Below, piece by piece: positions 53,204 to 64,000 of a DNA stretch of 64,000 nt; position 1 is the first letter of the stretch, and each line of letters opens with the position of its first letter. The position numbers and the translations under genes were made by a program. The notes under the pieces were generated by a model that worked only from the letters and a program-made list of their open reading frames with translations, was not told the origin of the DNA and did not search any database. Source of the stretch: Laetmonice hystrix (Eukaryota); assembly GCA_965235115.1 (NCBI GenBank), contig OZ249436.1, positions 3,288,001 through 3,352,000 on the forward strand, in the 5' to 3' direction.

Positions 53204-56200
53204 ATGCTCCTCGCCAGTACCTTTGATTTCCACTACCTCACTGTAGTGTTTGCATGGCTACTAGGCCAGTCGGTAAGATGTAGGGACTTCTCACTCTACT
53301 GGTTGGCCTCCCACACTGCTTGGGCTCACAGTGTACTGTTTGGCCTGACTTTACTCTTTGGCCTCACTGTAGTGTTCGCTGGGGTGCTAGGCCAGCCAGT
53401 ACCTTGTAGCAATTCCTCACTGTACCGTTGGCCTCCCTGTACCGTTTGCTTGTATACAACAGTAGCCAGTAATATAGGGACGCCTCATGTTTCATGTTTC
53501 CATGCCTTTATTGTCCAGGAGGAAGGCCATACGTTTCGTCTATTATCTACTCCCATCTAATCTATGTCCCCTAGGACCATCTGTAAGCGTGCGAACACGT
53601 TGTCAGGTCGTCCCAATGACTGTTTGCCGTAAAGGTTTAGTTAACAATGGCAAATGACGTTGTACGCCTTTTCTATATCAGATATCCCATCCCCAAGTAA
53701 GAAACAAACAAAGAAAGAGTACAGAGATTTGCAGGCAAGAAACACCAGGGTGCAGCGCAGCTCTACTGAAGCGGCGGCAGAGGCGGTGACTGCACTGCCA
53801 TCTTCCGGCTACCGGTGGAATCACCACGTATACCTGGCCGGGCTGGCGGGCACCTGTGGCTCTTAGGTTAAAGCAATGAGAAGCGAAAAATGGCTACATT
53901 TCTGATACGTCAAATTGAAACTACGCCCCCCAAAGTTATGATTCTTAGGCCAGATGTATAACTGTCAAACGTATAGGTCTCGTACGTTCGCTACAGATAT
54001 ATGGTTGTGATGTGTATACTTCCCATTTGAGTATCTTCTCAAGATTTTAACATTAGATGCTCCTCGCCAGTACCTTTGATTTCCACTACCTCACTGTAGT
54101 GTTTGCATGGCTACTAGGCCAGTCGGTAAGATGTAGGGACTTCTCACTCTACTGGTTGGCCTCCCACACTGCTTGGCCTCACAGTGTACTGTTTGGCCTG
54201 ACTTTACTCTTTGGCCTCACTGTAGTGTTCGCTGGGGTGCTAGGCCAGCCAGTACCTTGTAGCAATTCCTCACTGTACCGTTGGCCTCCCTGTACCGTTT
54301 GCTTGTATACAACAGTAGCCAGTAATATAGGGACGCCTCATGTTTCATGTTTCCATGCCTTTATTGTCCAGGAGGCAGGCCATACGTTTCGTCTATTGTC
54401 TACTCCCATCTAATCTATGTCCCCTAGGACCATCTGTAAGCGTGCGAACACGTTGTCAGGTCGTCCCAATGACTGTTTGCCGTAAAGGTTTAGTTAACAA
54501 TGGCAAATGACGTTGTACGCCTTTTCTATATCAGATGTCCCATCCCCAAGTAAGAAACAAAGAAAGAAAGAGTACAGAGATTTGCAGGCAAGAAACACCA
54601 GGGTGCAGCGCAGCTCTACTGAAGCGGCGGCAGCGGCGGTGACTGCACTGCCATCTTCCGGCTACCGGTGGAATCACCACGTATACCTGGCCGGGCTGGC
54701 GGGCACCTATGGCTATTAGGTTAAAGCAATGAGAAGCGGAAAATGGCTCCATTTCTGATACGTCAAATTGAAACTACGCCCCCCAAAGTTCTTAGGCCAG
54801 ATGTATAACTGTCAAACGTATAGGTCTCGTACGTTCGCTCCAGATATATGGTTGTGATGTGTATACTTCCCATTTGAGGATCTTCTACAGATTTTAACAT
54901 TAGATGCTCCTCGCCTGTACCTTTCATTTCCACTACCTCACTGTAGTGCTTGCATGGCTACTAGGCCAGTCGGTAAGATGTAGGGACTTCTCACTCTACT
55001 GGTTGGCCTCCCACACTGCTTGGCCTCACAGTGTACTGTTTGGCCTGACTTTACTCTTTGGCCTCACTGTAGTGTTCGCTGGGGTGCTAGGCCAGCCAGT
55101 ACCTTGTAGCAATTCCTCACTGTACCGTTTGTCCTCCCTGTACCGTTTGCTTGTACACAACAGTAGCCAGTAATATAGGGACGCCTCATGTTTCATGTTT
55201 CCATGCCTTTATTGTCCAGGAGGCAGGCCATACGTTTCGTCTATTATCTACTCCCATCTAATCTATGTCCCCTAGGACCATCTGTAAGCGTGCGAACACG
55301 TTGTCAGGTCGTCCCAATGACTGTTTGCCGTAAAGGTTTAGTTAACAATGGCAAATGACGTTGTACGCCTTTTCTATATCAGATATCTCATCCCCAAGTA
55401 AGAAACAAACAAAGAAAGAGTACAGAGATTTGCAGGCAAGAAACACCAGGGTGCAGCGCAGCTCTACTGAAGCGGCGGCAGAGGCGGTGACTGCACTGCC
55501 ATCTTCCGGCTACCGGTGGAATCACCACGTATACCTGGCCGGGCTGGCGGGCACCTGTGGCTCTTAGGTTAAAGCAATGAAAAGCGAAAAATGGCTACAT
55601 TTCTGATACGTCAAATTGAAACTACGCCCCCCAAAGTTATGATTCTTAGGCTAGACGTATAACTGTCAAACGTATAGGTCTCGTACGTTCGCTACAGATA
55701 TATGGTTGTGATGTGTATACTTCCCATTTGAGTATCTTCTCCAGATTTTAACATTAGATGCTCCTCGCCAGTACCTTTGATTTCCACTACCTCACTGTAG
55801 TGTTTGCATGGCTACTAGGCCAGTCGGTAAGATGTAGGGACTTCTCACTCTACTGGTTGGCCTCCCACACTGCTTGGCCTCACAGTGTACTGTTTGGCCT
55901 GACTTTACCCTTTGGCCTCACTGTAGTGTTCGCTGGGGTGCTAGGCCAGCCAGTACCTTGTAGCGATTTCTCACTGTACCGTTTGTCCTCCCTGTACCGT
56001 TTGCTTGTACACAACAGTAGCCAGTAATATAGGGACGCCTCATGTTTCATGTTTCCATGCCTTTATTGTCCAGGAGGCAGGCCATACGTTTCATCTATCA
56101 TCTACTCCCATCTAATCTGTGTCCCCTAGAGACCATCTGTAAGCGTGCGACAACGTTGTCAGGTCGTTCCAATGACTGTTTGCCGTAGAAGTTTAGTTAA

Positions 56201-59200
56201 CAATGGCAAATGACGTTGTACGCCTTTTCTATATCAGATATCCCATCCCCAAGTAAGAAACAAACAAAGAAAGAGTACAGAGATTTGCAGGCAAGAAACA
56301 CCAAGGTGCAGCGCAGCTCTACTGAAGCGGCGGCAGAGGCGGTGACTGCACTGCCATCTTCCGGCTACCGGTGGAATCACCACGTATACCTGGCCGGGCT
56401 GGCGGGCACCTATGGCTATTAGGTTAAAGCAATGAGAAGCGGAAAATGGCTCCATTTCTGATACGTCAAATTGAAACTACGCCCCCCAAAGTTCTTAGGC
56501 CAGATGTATAACTGTCAAACGTATAGGTCTCGTACGTTCGCTCCAGATATATGGTTGTGATGTGTATACTTCCCATTTGAGGATCTTCTACAGATTTTAA
56601 CATTAGATGCTCCTCGCCTGTACCTTTCATTTCCACTACCTCACTGTAGTGCTTGCATGGCTACTAGGCCAGTCGGTAAGATGTAGGGACTTCTCACTCT
56701 ACTGGTTGGCCTCCCACACTGCTTGGCCTCACAGTGTACTGTTTGGCCTGACTTTACTCTTTGGCCTCACTGTAGTGTTCGCTGGGGTGCTAGGCCAGCC
56801 AGTACCTTGTAGCAATTCCTCACTGTACCGTTTGTCCTCCCTGTACCGTTTGCTTGTACACAACAGTAGCCAGTAATATAGGGACGCCTCATGTTTCATG
56901 TTTCCATGCCTTTATTGTCCAGGAGGCAGGCCATACGTTTCGTCTATTATCTACTCCCATCTAATCTATGTCCCCTAGGACCATCTGTAAGCGTGCGAAC
57001 ACGTTGTCAGGTCGTCCCAATGACTGTTTGCCGTAAAGGTTTAGTTAACAATGGCAAATGACGTTGTACGCCTTTTCTATATCAGATATCCCATCCCCAA
57101 GTAAGAAACAAACAAAGAAAGAGTACAGAGATTTGCAGGCAAGAAACACCAGGGTGCAGCGCAGCTCTACTGAAGCGGCGGCAGAGGCGGTGACTGCACT
57201 GCCATCTTCCGGCTACCGGTGGAATCACCACGTATACCTGGCCGGGCTGGCGGGCACCTGTGGCTCTTAGGTTAAAGCAATGAGAAGCGAAAAATGGCTA
57301 CATTTCTGATACGTCAAATTGAAACTACGCCCCCCAAAGTTATGATTCTTAGGCTAGATGTATAACTGTCAAACGTATAGGTCTCGTACGTTCGCTACAG
57401 ATATATGGTTGTGATGTGTATACTTCCCATTTGAGTATCTTCTCCAGATTTTAACATTAGATGCTCCTCGCCAGTACCTTTGATTTCCACTACCTCACTG
57501 TAGTGTTTGCATGGCTACTAGGCCAGTCGGTAAGATGTAGGGACTTCTCACTCTACTGGTTGGCCTCCCACACTGCTTGGCCTCACAGTGTACTGTTTGG
57601 CCTGACTTTACCCTTTGGCCTCACTGTAGTGTTCGCTGGGGTGCTAGGCCAGCCAGTACCTTGTAGCGATTTCTCACTGTACCGTTTGTCCTCCCTGTAC
57701 CGTTTGCTTGTACACAACAGTAGCCAGTAATATAGGGACGCCTCATGTTTCATGTTTCCATGCCTTTATTGTCCAGGAGGCAGGCCATACGTTTCATCTA
57801 TCATCTACTCCCATCTAATCTGTGTCCCCTAGAGACCATCTGTAAGCGTGCGACAACGTTGTCAGGTCGTTCCAATGACTGTTTGCCGTAGAAGTTTAGT
57901 TAACAATGGCAAATGACGTTGTACGCCTTTTCTATATCAGATATCCCATCCCCAAGTAAGAAACAAACAAAGAAAGAGTACAGAGATTTGCAGGCAAGAA
58001 ACACCAGGGTGCAGCGCAGCTCTACTGAAGCGGCGGCAGAGGCGGTGACTGCACTGCCATCTTCCGGCTACCGGTGGAATCACCACGTATACCTGGCCGG
58101 GCTGGCGGGCACCTATGGCTATTAGGTTAAAGCAATGAGAAGCGGAAAATGGCTCCATTTCTGATACGTCAAATTGAAACTACGCCCCCCAAAGTTCTTA
58201 AGCCAGATGTATAACTGTCAAACGTATAGGTCTCGTACGTTCGCTCCAGATATATGGTTGTGATGTGTATACTTCCCATTTGAGGATCTTCTACAGATTT
58301 TAACATTAGATGCTCCTCGCCTGTACCTTTCATTTCCACTACCTTACTGTAGTGCTTGCATGGCTACTAGGCCAGTCGGTAAGATGCAGGGACTTCTCAC
58401 TCTACTCGTTGGCCTCCCACACTGCTTGGCCTCACAGTGTACTGTTTGGCCTGACTTTACTCTTTGGCCTCACTGTAGTGTTCGCTGGGGTGCTAGGCCA
58501 GCCAGTACCTTGTAGCAATTCCTCACTGTACCGTTGGCCTCCCTGTACCGTTTGCTTGTATACAACAGTAGCCAGTAATATAGGGACGCCTCATGTTTCA
58601 TGTTTCCATGCCTTTATTGTCCAGGAGGCAGGCCATACGTTTCGTCTATTATCTACTCCCATCTAATCTATGTCCCCTAGGACCATCTGTAAGCGTGCGA
58701 ACACGTTGTCAGGTCGTCCCAATGACTGTTTGCCGTAAAGGTTTAGTTAACAATGGCAAATGACGTTGTACGCCTTTTCTATATCAGATATCCCATCCCC
58801 AAGTAAGAAACAAACAAAGAAAGAGTACAGAGATTTGCAGGCAAGAAACACCAGGGTACAGCGCAGCTCTACTGAAGCGGCGGCAGAGGCGGTGACTGCA
58901 CTGCCATCTTCCGGCTACCGGTGGAATCACCACGTATACCTGGCCGGGCTGGCGGGCACCTGTGGCTCTTAGGTTAAAGCAATGAGAAGCGAAAAATGGC
59001 TACATTTCTGATACGTCAAATTAAAACTACGCCCCCCAAGGTTATGATTCTTAGGCCAGATGTATAACTGCCAAACGTATAGGTCTCGTACGTTCGCTAC
59101 AGATATATGGTTGTGATGTGTATACTTCCCATTTGAGTATCTTCTCCAGATTTTAACATTAGATGCTCCTCGCCAGTACCTTTGATTTCAACTACCTCAC

Positions 59201-62200
59201 TGTAGTGTTTGCATGGCTACTAGGCCAGTCGGTAAGATGTAGGGACTTCTCACTCTACTGGTTGGCCTCCCACACTGCTTGGCCTCACAGTGTACTGTTT
59301 GGCCTGACTTTACTCTTTGGCCTCACTGTAGTGTTCGCTGGGGTGCTAGGCCAGCCAGTACCTTGTAGCGATTTTTCACTGTACCGTTTGTCCTCCCTGT
59401 ACCGTTTGCTTGTACACAACAGTAGCCAGTAATATAGGGACGCCTCATGTTTCATGTTTCCATGCCTTTATTGTCCAGGAGGCAGGCCATACGTTTCATC
59501 TATCATCTACTCCCATCTAATCTGTGTCCCCTAGAGACCATCTGTAAGCGTGCGACAACGTTGTCAGGTCGTCCCAATGACTGTTTGCCGTAGAAGTTTA
59601 GTTAACAATGGCAAATGACGTTGTACGCTTTTTCTATATCAGATATCCCATCCCCAAGTAAGAAACAAACAAAGAAAGAGTACAGAGATTTGCAGGCAAG
59701 AAACACCAGGGTGCAGCGCAGCTCTACTGAAGCGGCGGCAGAGGCGGTGACTGCACTGCCATCTTCCGGCTACCGGTGGAATCACCACGTATACCTGGCC
59801 GGGCTGGCGGGCACCTATGGCTATTAGGTTAAAGCAATGAGAAGCGGAAAATGGCTACATTTCTGATACGTCAAATTGAAACTACGCCCCCCAAAGTTAT
59901 GATTCTTAGGCCAGATGTATAACTGTCAAACGTATAGGTCTCGTACGTTCGCTACAGATATATGGTTGTGATGTGTATACTTCCCATTTGAGTATCTTCT
60001 TCAGATTTTAACATTAGATGCTCCTCGCCAGTACCTTTGATTTCCACTACCTCACTGTAGTGTTTGCATGGCTACTAGGCCAGTCGGTAAGATGTAGGGA
60101 CTTCTCACTCTACTGGTTGGCCTCCCACACTGCTTGGGCTCACAGTGTACTGTTTGGCCTGACTTTACTCTTTGGCCTCACTGTAGTGTTCGCTGGGGTG
60201 CTAGGCCAGCCAGTACCTTGTAGCAATTCCTCACTGTACCGTTGGCCTCCCTGTACCGTTTGCTTGTATACAACAGTAGCCAGTAATATAGGGACGCCTC
60301 ATGTTTCATGTTTCCATGCCTTTATTGTCCAGGAGGCAGGCCATACGTTTCGTCTATTATCTACTCCCATCTAATCTATGTCCCCTAGGACCATCTGTAA
60401 GCGTGCGAACACGTTGTCAGGTCGTCCCAATGACTGTTTGCCGTAAAGGTTTAGTTAACAATGGCAAATGACGTTGTACGCCTTTTCTATATCAGATGTC
60501 CCATCCCCAAGTAAGAAACAAAGAAAGAAAGAGTACAGAGATTTGCAGGCAAGAAACACCAGGGTGCAGCGCAGCTCTACTGAAGCGGCGGCAGAGGCGG
60601 TGACTGCACTGCCATCTTCCGGCTACCGGTGGAATCACCAAGTATACCTGGCCGGGCTGGCGGGCACCTGTGGCTCTTAGGTTAAAGCAATGAGAAGCGG
60701 AAAATGGCTACATTTCTGATACGTCAAATTGAAACTACGCCCCCCAAAGTTATGATTCTTAGGCCAGATGTATAACTGTCAAACGTATAGGTCTCGTACG
60801 TTCGCTACAGATATATGGTTGTGATGTGTATACTTCCCATTTGAGTATCTTCTCCAGATTTTAACATTAGATGCTCCTCGCCAGTACCTTTGATTTCCAC
60901 TACCTCACTGTAGTGTTTGCATGGCTACTAGGCCAGTCGGTAAGATGTAGGGACTTCTCACTCTACTGGTTGGCCTCCCACACTGCTTGGCCTCACAGTG
61001 TACTGTTTGGCCTGACTTTACTCTTTGGCCTCACTGTAGTGTTCGCTGGGGTGCTAGGCCAGCCAGTACCTTGTAGCAATTCCTCACTGTACCGTTGGCC
61101 TCCCTGTACCGTTTGCTTGTATACAACAGTAGCCAGTAATATAGGGACGCCTCATGTTTCATGTTTCCATGCCTTTATTGTCCAGGAGGCAGGCCATACG
61201 TTTCGTCTATTGTCTACTCCCATCTAATCTATGTCCCCTAGGACCATCTGTAAGCGTGCGAACACGTTGTCAGGTCGTCCCAATGACTGTTTGCCGTAAA
61301 GGTTTAGTTAACAATGGCAAATGACGTTGTACGCCTTTTCTATATCAGATGTCCCATCCCCAAGTAAGAAACAAAGAAAGAAAGAGTACAGAGATTTGCA
61401 GGCAAGAAACACCAGGGTGCAGCGCAGCTCTACTGAAGCGGCGGCAGCGGCGGTGACTGCAGTGCCATCTTCCGGCTACCGGTGGAATCACCACGTATAC
61501 CTGGCCGGGCTGGCGGGCACCTATGGCTATTAGGTTAAAGCAATGAGAAGCGGAAAATGGCTCCATTTCTGATACGTCAAATTGAAACTACGCCCCCCAA
61601 AGTTCTTAGGCCAGATGTATAACTGTCAAACGTATAGGTCTCGTACGTTCGCTCCAGATATATGGTTGTGATGTGTATACTTCCCATTTGAGGATCTTCT
61701 ACAGATTTTAACATTAGATGCTCCTCGCCTGTACCTTTCATTTCCACTACCTCACTGTAGTGCTTGCATGGCTACTAGGCCAGTCGGTAAGATGTAGGGA
61801 CTTCTCACTCTACTGGTTGGCCTCCCACACTGCTTGGCCTCACAGTGTACTGTTTGGCCTGACTTTACTCTTTGGCCTCACTGTAGTGTTCGCTGGGGTG
61901 CTAGGCCAGCCAGTACCTTGTAGCAATTCCTCACTGTACCGTTTGTCCTCCCTGTACCGTTTGCTTGTACACAACAGTAGCCAGTAATATAGGGACGCCT
62001 CATGTTTCATGTTTCCATGCCTTTATTGTCCAGGAGGCAGGCCATACGTTTCGTCTATTATCTACTCCCATCTAATCTATGTCCCCTAGGACCATCTGTA
62101 AGCGTGCGAACACGTTGTCAGGTCGTCCCAATGACTGTTTGCCGTAAAGGTTTAGTTAACAATGGCAAATGACGTTGTACGCCTTTTCTATATCAGATAT

Positions 62201-64000
62201 CTCATCCCCAAGTAAGAAACAAACAAAGAAAGAGTACAGAGATTTGCAGGCAAGAAACACCAGGGTGCAGCGCAGCTCTACTGAAGCGGCGGCAGAGGCG
62301 GTGACTGCACTGCCATCTTCCGGCTACCGGTGGAATCACCACGTATACCTGGCCGGGCTGGCGGGCACCTGTGGCTCTTAGGTTAAAGCAATGAGAAGCG
62401 AAAAATGGCTACATTTCTGATACGTCAAATTGAAACTACGCCCCCCAAAGTTATGATTCTTAGGCTAGACGTATAACTGTCAAACGTATAGGTCTCGTAC
62501 GTTCGCTACAGATATATGGTTGTGATGTGTATACTTCCCATTTGAGTATCTTCTCCAGATTTTAACATTAGATGCTCCTCGCCAGTACCTTTGATTTCCA
62601 CTACCTCACTGTAGTGTTTGCATGGCTACTAGGCCAGTCGGTAAGATGTAGGGACTTCTCACTCTACTGGTTGGCCTCCCACACTGCTTGGCCTCACAGT
62701 GTACTGTTTGGCCTGACTTTACCCTTTGGCCTCACTGTAGTGTTCGCTGGGGTGCTAGGCCAGCCAGTACCTTGTAGCGATTTCTCACTGTACCGTTTGT
62801 CCTCCCTGTACCGTTTGCTTGTACACAACAGTAGCCAGTAATATAGGGACGCCTCATGTTTCATGTTTCCATGCCTTTATTGTCCAGGAGGCAGGCCATA
62901 CGTTTCATCTATCATCTACTCCCATCTAATCTGTGTCCCCTAGAGACCATCTGTAAGCGTGCGACAACGTTGTCAGGTCGTTCCAATGACTGTTTGCCGT
63001 AGAAGTTTAGTTAACAATGGCAAATGACGTTGTACGCCTTTTCTATATCAGATATCCCATCCCCAAGTAAGAAACAAACAAAGAAAGAGTACAGAGATTT
63101 GCAGGCAAGAAACACCAAGGTGCAGCGCAGCTCTACTGAAGCGGCGGCAGAGGCGGTGACTGCACTGCCATCTTCCGGCTACCGGTGGAATCACCACGTA
63201 TACCTGGCCGGGCTGGCGGGCACCTATGGCTATTAGGTTAAAGCAATGAGAAGCGGAAAATGGCTCCATTTCTGATACGTCAAATTGAAACTACGCCCCC
63301 CAAAGTTCTTAGGCCAGATGTATAACTGTCAAACGTATAGGTCTCGTACGTTCGCTCCAGATATATGGTTGTGATGTGTATACTTCCCATTTGAGGATCT
63401 TCTACAGATTTTAACATTAGATGCTCCTCGCCTGTACCTTTCATTTCCACTACCTCACTGTAGTGCTTGCATGGCTACTAGGCCAGTCGGTAAGATGTAG
63501 GGACTTCTCACTCTACTGGTTGGCCTCCCACACTGCTTGGCCTCACAGTGTACTGTTTGGCCTGACTTTACTCTTTGGCCTCACTGTAGTGTTCGCTGGG
63601 GTGCTAGGCCAGCCAGTACCTTGTAGCAATTCCTCACTGTACCGTTTGTCCTCCCTGTACCGTTTGCTTGTACACAACAGTAGCCAGTAATATAGGGACG
63701 CCTCATGTTTCATGTTTCCATGCCTTTATTGTCCAGGAGGCAGGCCATACGTTTCGTCTATTATCTACTCCCATCTAATCTATGTCCCCTAGGACCATCT
63801 GTAAGCGTGCGAACACGTTGTCAGGTCGTCCCAATGACTGTTTGCCGTAAAGGTTTAGTTAACAATGGCAAATGACGTTGTACGCCTTTTCTATATCAGA
63901 TATCCCATCCCCAAGTAAGAAACAAACAAAGAAAGAGTACAGAGATTTGCAGGCAAGAAACACCAGGGTGCAGCGCAGCTCTACTGAAGCGGCGGCAGAG
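53204..64000. repeat. Higher-order repeat: 8-monomer offset duplication (period 6814 bp), second copy truncated by window end
   Basis: Private variants recur at +6814: TTGGGCTC (ORFs 53204/60018), CTATTGTC (~54397/61211), GCAGCGGCGG (units 54507/61321), ATCTCATC plus CTAGACG (units 55355/62169), CACCAAGG (units 56210/63024). Confidence 0.82.

Larger units (their letters stand above)
3034..64000. repeat. ~853-bp satellite (macrosatellite) array, about 71.5 head-to-tail monomers of 847-857 bp, continuing past the window end
   Basis: The anchor ATGACGTTGTACGC recurs 72 times (3326, 4174, 5031, 5884, 6739 ... 63024, 63872). Spacings are mostly 853/855, and 847/848 where a 6-bp deletion is present. 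All monomers have the same orientation, differ by scattered SNPs and small indels, and are not interrupted by any insertion that I could see. Confidence 0.99.

Noticed and set aside
3326..63690. Recurrent 70-aa (MTLYAF...), 89/118-aa (MLLAST...) and 73-aa (MEPFS...) ORFs as a tandem gene array
   Set aside because: They are short with no recognisable domain. The A/B monomer types differ by a frameshift inside the MLLAST ORF, many variants are nonsynonymous, and edge monomers are frameshifted. Not supportable as CDS without expression data.

Overview
The window is almost entirely non-coding tandem-repeat DNA and looks eukaryotic (probably animal, which is an inference). Left to right it contains: (1) 1..~2225, a 36-bp minisatellite of about 60 copies with a near-invariant core and a short variable linker; (2) 2224..2383, the only single-copy stretch, 160 bp bounded by TGTAA...TTACA and carrying AATAAA and a CTCF-like motif (solo-LTR-like); (3) 2406..3020, a small non-autonomous DNA transposon with 15-bp hAT-like TIRs, whose left end has been amplified into a 37-bp minisatellite holding 13 TIR copies; (4) 3034..64000, a highly homogeneous ~853-bp satellite of about 71.5 head-to-tail monomers that runs off the window. 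The satellite has an alternating 855/853 dimer, higher-order repeats of shifting period (7-, 9-, 9- and 8-mer), diverged edge monomers and an internal 18/126-bp substructure. All listed ORFs are best explained as repeat artefacts. I found no supportable protein-coding gene, tRNA, rRNA, ribozyme or CRISPR array, so I cannot claim a new enzymatic system. The interesting signals concern repeat origin, array boundary and higher-order architecture. All alignments were done by eye.
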